Shown here one piece after another: positions 21,125 to 29,407 of a stretch of 40,220 nt of DNA (within the stretch, counting starts at the first letter, position 1; each line of letters starts with the position of its first letter). A model generated the notes under the pieces. The model did no database searches. It had not been told where the DNA came from and saw only the letters and a program-made list of their open reading frames with translations. Position numbers and translations under genes: made by a program. The stretch is from an uncultured Pseudomonadales bacterium (GTDB lineage: Bacteria; Pseudomonadota; Gammaproteobacteria; Pseudomonadales; IMCC2047), in NCBI GenBank assembly GCA_964473915.1, contig CAYYRK010000003.1:1-40220 (forward strand), read 5' to 3'.

Positions 21125-21658
21125 CTACTCTTTACCCAGGTGACACAGCTCCTGCTTTGCTATGGTATCCCCCCTGTTCCAGGGGAGTGCTCCCAGCACA
21201 TTTGCCAGAGCACAAAACCCGGTAGCTCCAGCCATCAGAAGGCCTGCACCCACAAATGCCGCGCCGTAGGCATAAACAGGATCAACCAACGCACCGAGCA
21301 AGCCAAATATCATCACCATAGCACCTACCACAAGCTGCACTTGACGCATCAGTGGCAAGGGAGCCTTTATTCCACGTGATACAACAGGGTTTCCCTCTTT
21401 TTTCCAGCGGAGAATGCCCCCCTCATACACTTCATAGGTGTGGGCATCATTAAAGCCCAGGCTTTCAGACAAACTTTTAGCCTGTACCGCCCGCACACCG
21501 CTGCGGCACATCAAAACAATTTCGCGCACACCCAGTTGATTTAATATACCTGGGGCTAAATTCGTAAACGAGGAGAGAGGAATGTTAATTGAGCGCTCAA
21601 CGTGCTCAGCGATAAATTCATCTTCTTCGCGAACATCGATAATAATCTGCTCTATCAT
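21125..21658 (-). CDS. ygaP: YgaP-like rhodanese-domain protein with C-terminal DUF2892-type membrane helices
   Basis: MIEQIIIDVREEDEF...LMCRSGVRA is a rhodanese active-site loop, followed by two hydrophobic helices. The ATG at 21656-21658 is preferred; the track's 54-codon N-terminal extension has no family support. Confidence 0.78.
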   Translation of the reverse strand: MIEQIIIDVREEDEFIAEHVERSINIPLSSFTNLAPGILNQLGVREIVLMCRSGVRAVQAKSLSESLGFNDAHTYEVYEGGILRWKKEGNPVVSRGIKAPLPLMRQVQLVVGAMVMIFGLLGALVDPVYAYGAAFVGAGLLMAGATGFCALANVLGALPWNRGDTIAKQELCHLGKE

Positions 21659-21797
21659 AAAGAACCCTACCTGTAATAAACGTTTGCTATTGTAAACTGA
21701 GCCTTGCTCGCGACCAACACGCTCAGCGATTGTTCTACTGGCGATACAGGGGTTACATATCGAGTGGATCTCTCTGCCAGAGATCATATACCCAACG

Positions 21798-22052
21798 CTA
21801 TTTCTCAGATGGCGCCACAAATGGCCTTGGGTACTCCATTACCTTTTGTACAATTTTCCAGCCACTACTTTTGTGGGGTAAGGTACACTCCATGCAGTCT
21901 TTCCTGCCATCGAAGAGGACTTTATATTTTCCTGGGCATTGAATGAAATACATGGGGCAGTAACAAAATAAACAGTTTATATCTTCTTCTTGCTCATGAC
22001 AGGGGTAGTATTCACAATCTTTATTTGAAAAGTGCTGATGATTATTTTGCAT
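21798..22052 (-). CDS. cysteine-rich small-domain protein (zf-like, PF04071-type pattern)
   Basis: 84 aa with DCEYYPCH...NCLFCYCPMY...CMECTLPH, which is the pattern I recall for the 'cysteine-rich small domain' family. GGGGAA lies upstream of the ATG. Confidence 0.6.
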   Translation of the reverse strand: MQNNHQHFSNKDCEYYPCHEQEEDINCLFCYCPMYFIQCPGKYKVLFDGRKDCMECTLPHKSSGWKIVQKVMEYPRPFVAPSEK

Positions 22053-22277
22053 TAAAATTTAATTCCCCACACAGCAGTGACTGTGTTTTTTTAGTTATTA
22101 TAATGGCAAACCGTAGTATTAGTCACTAAGGCACAGTCAAACTTGGGAGACGATTTAATCTGCCCCCGAAAACCTGTAGAGATTACAGTGGCTAGCAAAC
22201 TGACTTGTTAAACCACGCCATTATTCTTAAACTGACACAATCACCCCAAACTTAACTATATGCACAGCAACAAATAT

Positions 22278-22631
22278 ATGAACAAAAATTCCCGATTAGT
22301 CTACTCCACAGAGGAGGGCAGGGTCTGTCCTGACTGCAGCAAAGCTAAAGCAGCGTGCATATGCCGCCAACCATCAACTCTACCCACGGGTGATGGCATT
22401 ATACGAATTCAACGAGAAACAAAGGGACGCAAAGGTAAGGGCGTGAGCCTGATTACCGGATTACAGCTAGACGATAAACAGCTACATGCCCTTGCCAAAC
22501 AGCTAAAAAAGAGGTGTGGCTGCGGCGGCACTGTCAAGGCTGGCATCATAGAAATTCAAGGTGATTACCGGGAATTACTTCAAAAAATCCTCGAAAAAAT
22601 GGGGCATAACGTCAAAATAGCAGGAGGCTAA
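22278..22631 (+). CDS. yciH: SUI1/eIF1-family translation initiation factor homologue
   Basis: MNKNSRLVYSTEEGR...GIIRIQRETKGRKGKGVSLITGL...CGCGGTVKAGIIEIQGD aligns by eye to E. coli YciH. An alternative ATG lies at 22260. Confidence 0.85.
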   Translation: MNKNSRLVYSTEEGRVCPDCSKAKAACICRQPSTLPTGDGIIRIQRETKGRKGKGVSLITGLQLDDKQLHALAKQLKKRCGCGGTVKAGIIEIQGDYRELLQKILEKMGHNVKIAGG

Positions 22632-22699
22632 CAATAACCAAACCATTCAATATACCCGCAAGTCCGTTGGCAAACATCCCCCCAAGGCTGGAAAAAATC

Positions 22700-23827
22700 A
22701 TGAAACCCGTCATTGAACTCACGACTCAACTTGTAGCAAAAGAATCCATCACACCTAAGGATGCTGATTGCCAAAAAATTCTTTGTGCTCGCCTGCACAA
22801 AGCAGGTTTCCGTATAGAGCCACTGCCCTTTGGCGAGGTCACAAACTTCTGGGCCGTACGTGGAGATACCGGACCACTACTGGCCTTTGCCGGGCACACC
22901 GACGTGGTACCACCAGGCCCACTGGACGACTGGGATTCACCTCCATTTACGCCAGAAATCAGGGATGGCTATCTTTATGGCAGGGGCGCTGCTGACATGA
23001 AGGGCGGGCTGGCAGCTATGCTGATAGCAACAGAACAGTTTGTGCTAGCCAATCCAAACCATTCAGGAAGGATAGCATTTTTGATCACCAGTGATGAGGA
23101 GGGACCCGCCACCCAGGGTACAGTCAAGGTTTTGGAACACCTCGCTAACCGGGGAGAGCAGATTGACTGGTGCATTATTGGCGAACCCTCTGCAAGCGAA
23201 AAAACAGGCGATACGATTAAAAATGGGCGGAGAGGTTCTCTGGGTGGTCATCTGATTATCCAGGGCTCTCAGGGGCACATTGCATACCCGCACCTGGCGG
23301 TTAACCCCATCCATAAAGCTGCCGCCGCGATTAACGAAATGACGTTGGAACGCTGGGATGAGGGCAACCGTTACTTTCCTGCGACTTCGTTCCAGATATC
23401 CAATATATATAGCGGTACCGGGGCCATGAACGTTATTCCTGGGCGCCTGGAATTAGACTTTAATTTTCGTTACTCAACCCAAAGCAACGCCGCACAACTT
23501 TCCGAAAGAATTGAGCAAATACTGAACAAGCACGCTCTGGACTATGAGCTCAAATGGACCTCCTACGGCTTGCCTTTCCTTACCGAGGAGGGTCTATTGA
23601 CGCAGACGGCAGTTTCCGCTGTAGAGGCAGTCATGGGCTACCCTGCGGCGCTTTCCACCTCAGGGGGCACGTCAGACGGGCGCTTTATCGCCCCGACAGG
23701 CGCTCAAGTTATTGAGCTTGGCCCCAACAATTCAACCATTCATCGGGTAAACGAACGGGTTAGTGTTGAGGAGCTCCTGCAGTTGACCCAAATCTACCAA
23801 CAGATCATCAGCAAACTACTTATTTGA
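22700..23827 (+). CDS. dapE: succinyl-diaminopimelate desuccinylase
   Basis: MKPVIELTTQLVAKESITPKDADCQ matches the E. coli DapE N-terminus. M20 peptidase motifs GHTDVVP and ITSDEEG are present. The track start at 22667 is a TTG 11 codons upstream. Confidence 0.93.
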   Translation: MKPVIELTTQLVAKESITPKDADCQKILCARLHKAGFRIEPLPFGEVTNFWAVRGDTGPLLAFAGHTDVVPPGPLDDWDSPPFTPEIRDGYLYGRGAADMKGGLAAMLIATEQFVLANPNHSGRIAFLITSDEEGPATQGTVKVLEHLANRGEQIDWCIIGEPSASEKTGDTIKNGRRGSLGGHLIIQGSQGHIAYPHLAVNPIHKAAAAINEMTLERWDEGNRYFPATSFQISNIYSGTGAMNVIPGRLELDFNFRYSTQSNAAQLSERIEQILNKHALDYELKWTSYGLPFLTEEGLLTQTAVSAVEAVMGYPAALSTSGGTSDGRFIAPTGAQVIELGPNNSTIHRVNERVSVEELLQLTQIYQQIISKLLI

Positions 23828-23835
23828 CAAAAACC

Positions 23836-24123
23836 ATGAGCAAACCCACAGACAACAGGTTGCGCAAGTTCTCAAAAAGGTTACAGGTGCGTGGTGATAA
23901 CCAAAAGAGTAATCTGCTATGGTTTATCTCAGGTGCCGCCCTGTTTTTCCTCGGTGCAGCACTGATTGTTTTTGTTGACCAGGCCATGCCCTCCTCTATC
24001 AAGCAGGAGTTGATAGCCACAGCGGGCCTAATTCTACTCATCGCTGGCGGCATTGGCGCTCTGATCGGCTACCTGGGAATGAGTTTATTTCGACTCATCA
24101 CATTTTTTACCGACAAGAACTAA
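23836..24123 (+). CDS. small hypothetical membrane protein (two predicted TM helices)
   Basis: 95 aa from the ATG at 23836. Basic N-terminus, then two hydrophobic stretches (LLWFISGAALFFLGAALIVFV, ATAGLILLIAGGIGALIGYLGM). It starts 8 nt after the dapE stop. No family recognised. Confidence 0.5.
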   Translation: MSKPTDNRLRKFSKRLQVRGDNQKSNLLWFISGAALFFLGAALIVFVDQAMPSSIKQELIATAGLILLIAGGIGALIGYLGMSLFRLITFFTDKN

Positions 24124-24180
24124 AACAACCTCTCCCCGGCCTTTAACCTAATTTGACCCATTGAACGTAGAACAGAAGTG

Positions 24181-24239
24181 TCACACAGTGGTGCCTATAG
24201 AGTTTTAAAACCCTAATAAAGTCGCACCACTGGGTGTGA
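24181..24239. terminator. long hairpin between convergent genes (candidate bidirectional terminator)
   Basis: TCACACAGTGGTGC (24181-24194) pairs with GCACCACTGGGTGTGA (24224-24239) with one bulged G. The 29-nt loop is itself partly self-complementary (GTTTTAAAAC). ATTTTT follows on the plus strand. Confidence 0.4.
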
Positions 24240-24323
24240 GTGTATTTTTAAATACTTTCAAGGATGCTAAAAAATTGCGTGAGTTTTTTTCATTCAACTG
24301 ATTAATCTGGGCTCAATGCAGCG

Positions 24324-24779
24324 TTAATCAACAACTGAGACATCTTCCGCCTGCAAGCCCTTGTCTCCTTTGGTAACAACAAACTCCACCTGTTGACCAT
24401 CACTCAGTGTCCTACGGCCACCGCTGCGAATAGAGCGGTAGTGGACGAACACATCCTCTCCCGAGGCACGCGTGATAAAACCAAAACCCTTAGATACATT
24501 AAACCACTTTACGGTGCCCGCCTCCCTGTCCTCAACTTGACCACCACTTCTGGCATCTCCGTTGGCGGCATCTCCTTTGGCCGCTACTATCTGGCTTTTT
24601 GGGCTCGTTGTGGCGAAATAACCGAGAACCAGACACCCCAAGACAGCGGACATGCTCGCAGCCAAATAAATTGCTACTCCTATACCCGCAGCACCTTGCA
24701 GGGCACTAACAATAAAAGGGGCTGGTACCGCTACCAAAAGCCCGGTAACGATAGATCTTATTACAATACTTAAAGTCAT
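24324..24779 (-). CDS. membrane-anchored cold-shock-domain protein (N-terminal TM helices, C-terminal CSD)
   Basis: The C-terminus [30 protein letters not shown] is a canonical CSD. The N-terminal ~75 aa form two to three hydrophobic helices. I prefer the ATG at 24777-24779 (MTLSIVIRS), because the 17 extra codons of the track ORF are encoded by repeat element B and its flank. Confidence 0.72.
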   Translation of the reverse strand: MTLSIVIRSIVTGLLVAVPAPFIVSALQGAAGIGVAIYLAASMSAVLGCLVLGYFATTSPKSQIVAAKGDAANGDARSGGQVEDREAGTVKWFNVSKGFGFITRASGEDVFVHYRSIRSGGRRTLSDGQQVEFVVTKGDKGLQAEDVSVVD

Positions 24780-24797
24780 TATTAAAACCTGTGCTAT

Positions 24798-24936
24798 GAG
24801 ACCTTTGCACGAGAGCCATTTTACTCCCATGCTGTGTTAAAAATGCGCTCAATCGGTCATCTACAACTGTAAACTCCCTCTTTGCGCGCATTTTAGCCTT
24901 GCCTGGAACCAAAATCATCTCCCGTGCAAAGGTCTC
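24798..24936 (-). mobile_element. 139-bp MITE-like non-autonomous element, copy B (inverted relative to copy A); flanked by a 5-bp direct repeat GCTAT
   Basis: The ends GAGACCTTTGCACGAGAG and the reverse complement of CTCCCGTGCAAAGGTCTC match 17/18. GCTAT occurs at 24793-24797 and 24937-24941. An internal 9-bp inverted repeat AAAATGCGC/GCGCATTTT extends the palindrome. Confidence 0.6.
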
Positions 24937-25288
24937 GCTATATTAAAAAAAACTTGGCAACCAGATGCTGCCTGTTACCTAACCTGAAATTTCACCAAAA
25001 AACTCAAAAACGACTCTGCATCCTATGGCGCCTAACAGGTCGAGTATTTTTAACCCTGATGCACTTTGCACCAGTCACACTACCCGGATTCTCCCGGGAT
25101 TTCTCACCCATCTTGCCAAGGCCTACCAAAACTCGATAAATAACATCGGCTCTTGCCAGTTAGAGCAACCTGAAAACAGATCTCTCCAGGAAAACCCCGG
25201 ATTCTGGTGAAACTTCCCTCTAAATAAGCCGAGGTTAATCTAAACACAGCCATGGGCGATCTTCAAGGCCATAAGCTACGCCGCAGCA

Positions 25289-26086
25289 TCATCCATGTAT
25301 GCCCGGCGGCATTAAATAAACATCAAACCTGCTGGTTTTTCCACCTACTTTGAAGTCTGGCTCTTTTCCCTGCAAGGGTGCAGCTTTAGCCGGTCGCTTA
25401 ACCACAACACGCTTCCCTGACACTTTTAACGCCGCATCCAACAACCCCGTCCCATCACCGCAGCCATCAAGCAAGCTATGCAGCACCTGCATCTCTTTTT
25501 TCACCTTGGCTGTCTTGTTTCGCGGTGGAAACATCGGATCAAGATAGATTACGTCAGGCCGCTGACTTGCAGAGCCTTCAAACAGACCCAGCCAGCTCAG
25601 GGCATCACTAACACGCAACTTCATCCTATTTATAGTTACCGCAGCCTGCAGATTCCGACTAGCCCGCTGCATCCCATCGCGAAGCATTAGCGCCATCACC
25701 GGATGATTTTCCAACATCAAGACCCTGCATCCCAGGCTGGCGAGTACAAAAGCGTCACGCCCCAGACCCGCCGTTGCATCCACAACATAAAGCTCCTCGT
25801 TACCTCTGAGGCCAACAGCTTTGCCTATCGGCTCAGCACCCCGGCTTAGACCTCTGGTTCTGTACCCCATAGCCCCACCAACAAAATCCACACAAACCGG
25901 TTTTTGCCGAGCTCCGGCCGGTTTCAAGCCTAGACCGGCATGGGTAACACAGAGCAGCAACTCTTTATCTACCTCACCAGTTTCGCCCTGCGGCCCAACC
26001 AATTCAAGCATCAAGTCATCCGCAAGGCTTTGTGCTTGCGCTTTCAAACTTATCGATTCAAAACAAACTGCAAGACTTGCTATCAT
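25289..26086 (-). CDS. rsmJ: 16S rRNA (guanine1516-N2)-methyltransferase
   Basis: VDFVGGAMGYR, VVDATAGLGRDAFVLASLGCRV, VIYLDPMFP and KKEMQVLHSL align by eye to E. coli RsmJ. The ATG at 26084-26086 is preferred; the track start at 26110 is a GTG. Confidence 0.85.
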   Translation of the reverse strand: MIASLAVCFESISLKAQAQSLADDLMLELVGPQGETGEVDKELLLCVTHAGLGLKPAGARQKPVCVDFVGGAMGYRTRGLSRGAEPIGKAVGLRGNEELYVVDATAGLGRDAFVLASLGCRVLMLENHPVMALMLRDGMQRASRNLQAAVTINRMKLRVSDALSWLGLFEGSASQRPDVIYLDPMFPPRNKTAKVKKEMQVLHSLLDGCGDGTGLLDAALKVSGKRVVVKRPAKAAPLQGKEPDFKVGGKTSRFDVYLMPPGIHG

Positions 26087-26118
26087 AAACTTAACACAAC
26101 CATTGGCCACACAAGAGA

Positions 26119-26427
26119 TCAGGCAAACAGATCGAGCATGCCAGATGCGGCACTCCCCTGATCCACTATATTGGCCGCAGCACTGTAAGTCGCAACCGCC
26201 CGCTGATTTTGCAGCGGGATATTTGACTCTCTAACCAGGTTTAAATTAACACGTTCTACTTTAGCGTAATCTCGTGCTGCTACCATCAGCTGCCCGTTAT
26301 CATCTGTGATCGTGGCTACAGCTTGAGCACTGGGGCTACGCTGCACACTTTGCTGCACGATTTTTGACTGACTGTTGTCCCCAGTACTAATGGTTGAGAG
26401 AGACTGGGATAAGGGAGAGATAAACAT
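26119..26427 (-). CDS. hypothetical 102-aa Ser/Gln/Ala-rich protein (coding status uncertain)
   Basis: It is the only ORF filling the 408-bp uppP-rsmJ gap. There is no SD before the ATG and the composition is low-complexity. TATAAT on the minus strand (plus 26473-26478) lies about 46 nt upstream. No family recognised. Confidence 0.35.
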   Translation of the reverse strand: MFISPLSQSLSTISTGDNSQSKIVQQSVQRSPSAQAVATITDDNGQLMVAARDYAKVERVNLNLVRESNIPLQNQRAVATYSAAANIVDQGSAASGMLDLFA

Positions 26428-26518
26428 TGTATGCCGAGTATTCAGATGCTACCAAATCAAAGATTGACTGGCATTATACTCCGGATTTCTGGTTATTACC
26501 TATTGGTTTTAAAGGAGA

Positions 26519-27313
26519 TTAGAGCACAATTAGCAGTAGCACCACGCCTAGAACAAGCCTATAGACCACAAAAGGCAGCAAGCCAACCCGATCAATCAGC
26601 TTCAGAAAACAATCGATAGCAAGATAGGCGCTGAAAAAAGCGATAACGGCCCCGAGAATCAGTCCAGACCAGTCAACAGACTCCAGCTGTAACAACTCCA
26701 AAGTTTTGAGCAGGCCTGCACCTAGAATAACCGGTATCGAAAGCAGGAATGAAAATCGAGCCGACGCTGTGCGATTCAACCCCAGCATCAAGCCAGCAGT
26801 AATGGTAATGCCTGACCTTGACGTCCCAGGGATCAACGCAAGCATCTGAAAAAGCCCAATAACCAAAGCACCCTGCCAACGTAGTTGAGCAATCTCCCGG
26901 TCTTTCGAGCTATAACGCTCGGCAATATATAGCCCGATGCCAAACACCAGTGTTGCAATTGCAATCACCAGAACCGACCGCATGCTGGTTTCAATCTGCT
27001 CGTTAAGCAACAGGCCTGCGAGCCCAGCCGGAACCGTTGCCAATAATAGCAGCCAGACAAGCTTACTCTCCTGGGTACTACATCCACCCAGCACAGAACT
27101 CACCCAGGCACCGGCCATCACCAGCAGATCTTTTCTGAAATAAAGCAGGACAGCAACGAGGGTCCCCACATGAACCGCAACGTCAAACGCCAGGCCCTGA
27201 TCTTCCCAGCCAAGCAGTTGCGCAGGAAGAATCAGGTGAGCTGAGCTTGAAACAGGGAGAAATTCAGTGATCCCCTGCAGTAAAGCAAGAAATACAGCCT
27301 GACCTAGATCCAT
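26519..27313 (-). CDS. uppP: undecaprenyl-diphosphate phosphatase
   Basis: 264 aa, polytopic membrane protein with the BacA motifs GITEFLPVSSSAHL and PGTSRSG. Confidence 0.93.
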   Translation of the reverse strand: MDLGQAVFLALLQGITEFLPVSSSAHLILPAQLLGWEDQGLAFDVAVHVGTLVAVLLYFRKDLLVMAGAWVSSVLGGCSTQESKLVWLLLLATVPAGLAGLLLNEQIETSMRSVLVIAIATLVFGIGLYIAERYSSKDREIAQLRWQGALVIGLFQMLALIPGTSRSGITITAGLMLGLNRTASARFSFLLSIPVILGAGLLKTLELLQLESVDWSGLILGAVIAFFSAYLAIDCFLKLIDRVGLLPFVVYRLVLGVVLLLIVL

Positions 27314-27366
27314 CTATACCACCCTAACGTTCATTTGAAAGCTGCCATTTTCCACAATCAAAATAA

Positions 27367-28059
27367 TTAGGCCGTTTTCCAGGCCGTTTTATCTCGCAGG
27401 TAGACTGGAAGTGCCCGCTCAGGTGGTAGCGCCACATCGGGATCACAAGCCAGATAATGTAGTGCCAGGCTTGCCACATCGGCAGCGTGAGGATACAGGT
27501 CTTGAATGATGCTTGTGGCTCCCACGCGCACATCTTCCCTGAAACGATCCATTAAGTGCCAACCCTCTCCCACTCCCAGCCAATTTTTTTCACTTCCCAT
27601 AAATTCTTGTGGATTCATATTCTCCGGACGGCTAATTTTTTCCTCTCCCTCCAGAGACACAAACCCCTGCTTCATTCGGTAGCATGCCCAATAGACCTCA
27701 TCCATACGCGCATCCAATGCCACTAGACATAATTCGTCACTACGGCGACTGGCACGCTGGGCAAGTGTTGCCAGGGTTGATACTGGAACCACCGGTAGAT
27801 CTGCAGCAAAAGCCATTCCCTGAACAATACCCGCAGCAATTCTAAGCCCTGTAAACGAGCCAGGACCTCGAGCATAAGCGATCATATCAAGATCAGAAAT
27901 TTTGACTGAATGATCCGCCAGCAGATCGTTGATCATGGTTAACAGGATACGGGCATGGAGTCGCGGCGCCACCTCAAACAGCTCATAGATCTCCCCGTCA
28001 ATATTAAGCGCCACTGAACAGGCATCGGCAGAGGCGTCTATCGCGAGTAGTTTTGTCAT
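27367..28059 (-). CDS. tsaB: tRNA N6-threonylcarbamoyladenosine biosynthesis protein TsaB
   Basis: 230 aa: LLAIDASADACSVAL...ARGPGSFTGLRIAAGIVQGMAF, typical of YeaZ/TsaB. Confidence 0.9.
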   Translation of the reverse strand: MTKLLAIDASADACSVALNIDGEIYELFEVAPRLHARILLTMINDLLADHSVKISDLDMIAYARGPGSFTGLRIAAGIVQGMAFAADLPVVPVSTLATLAQRASRRSDELCLVALDARMDEVYWACYRMKQGFVSLEGEEKISRPENMNPQEFMGSEKNWLGVGEGWHLMDRFREDVRVGATSIIQDLYPHAADVASLALHYLACDPDVALPPERALPVYLRDKTAWKTA

Positions 28060-28114
28060 AGGGGTAGCCTCAGCGAAAAAGGCGAGTGCAATACAGATCT
28101 GGGGTCAGCTTTAA

Positions 28115-28588
28115 TCAAAAGCCAGCCCCACTCCTGCTCCAACACAACTGTCCAATAGCCTTGAATTTCTTTACCGATAGCGCCCCCCTTGCCTTTGCTT
28201 TCAGCTCTTTCTGATCAGAGATTTCACATTCAAGGCGATCACGGCCTAGCTCATATATCTCGGTACATTCGTACTCAGAATTCATTAAAACAAGCAGTAT
28301 CAAATCCCAGCCAGCGTCAAGATTTAATTGCCCAACTCTCTGGCCCCGCTTGGCCTCGTCGAATATCACCCGTCCCTTGATCTGGACCTTGCCTCCTCCC
28401 TTAAAAGCGGGCAAAAGTGCATCAACAGCTCGCTCCTGTGTCTGTATTGGGAGCAGATCTAGCAAGCGAATCGCATCAAAACGGGCCAATTCAACGCTGA
28501 CGGGCAGGGTATTGCCCGTCGATTTACGGTACTCAGACGCAATTCGCCGAGTCTCTTCCATAAGTTTGTCGATTTTATAAACAGGCAT
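28115..28588 (-). CDS. hypothetical protein with a PD-(D/E)xK-nuclease-like core motif (function unknown)
   Basis: 157-aa ORF fills the tsaB-adk gap. The pattern ...AVDALLPAFKGGGKVQIKGR...WDLILLVLMNSEYECTEIYEL fits D...(E/Q)xK followed by a hydrophobic strand. From memory it resembles small stand-alone DUF-type proteins. This is unverified. Confidence 0.6.
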   Translation of the reverse strand: MPVYKIDKLMEETRRIASEYRKSTGNTLPVSVELARFDAIRLLDLLPIQTQERAVDALLPAFKGGGKVQIKGRVIFDEAKRGQRVGQLNLDAGWDLILLVLMNSEYECTEIYELGRDRLECEISDQKELKAKARGALSVKKFKAIGQLCWSRSGAGF

Positions 28589-28744
28589 ATTTTATAAATT
28601 ATCCTGGTTGGGATTAATCTACTACGATAAGGCTGAATATTATGTTGAGTTGCAGGCCTTTTTGATCAGATTTAATATCCAGCTCCTGCCACGTTAACCA
28701 GGAGCAAAGTGTTATAGCAACCAGCTACCTACACCTGCGCACAG

Positions 28745-29407
<663 letters not shown>

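Noticed and set aside
21659-21820. 54-codon N-terminal extension of the YgaP-like ORF, which would overlap the Cys-rich gene by 23 nt.
   Set aside because: The rhodanese domain begins right at the internal ATG (21656-21658). The extension has no hydrophobic or domain character, and it covers a hairpin-rich spacer.
24919-24936. Reading the repeat terminus (minus-strand TGGCTCTCGTGCA at the other end) as a sigma-54 promoter, or TGCAAA...TATATT as a sigma-70 promoter.
   Set aside because: The GG-to-GC spacing is 8 nt rather than the 11 nt of the TGGCAC-N5-TTGC consensus. The -35/-10-like hexamers are only 8 nt apart. The inverted pairing, equal 139-bp length and 5-bp flanking duplications are better explained by a mobile element.
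24924-25210. Plus-strand ORFs of 71 aa (24924-25139) and 61 aa (25025-25210) in the empty region.
   Set aside because: They are mutually overlapping. The first starts inside the repeat element. Both are highly basic and Leu/Arg/Thr-rich with no SD and no family resemblance.
25194-25212. CCCCGGATTCTGGTGAAAC looked superficially like the 5' end of tmRNA (GGGGCTGATTCTGGATTCGAC).
   Set aside because: It is in the wrong sense for the G-run. There is no tRNA-like acceptor or T-arm partner, no tag reading frame and no 3' CCA-proximal complement nearby.
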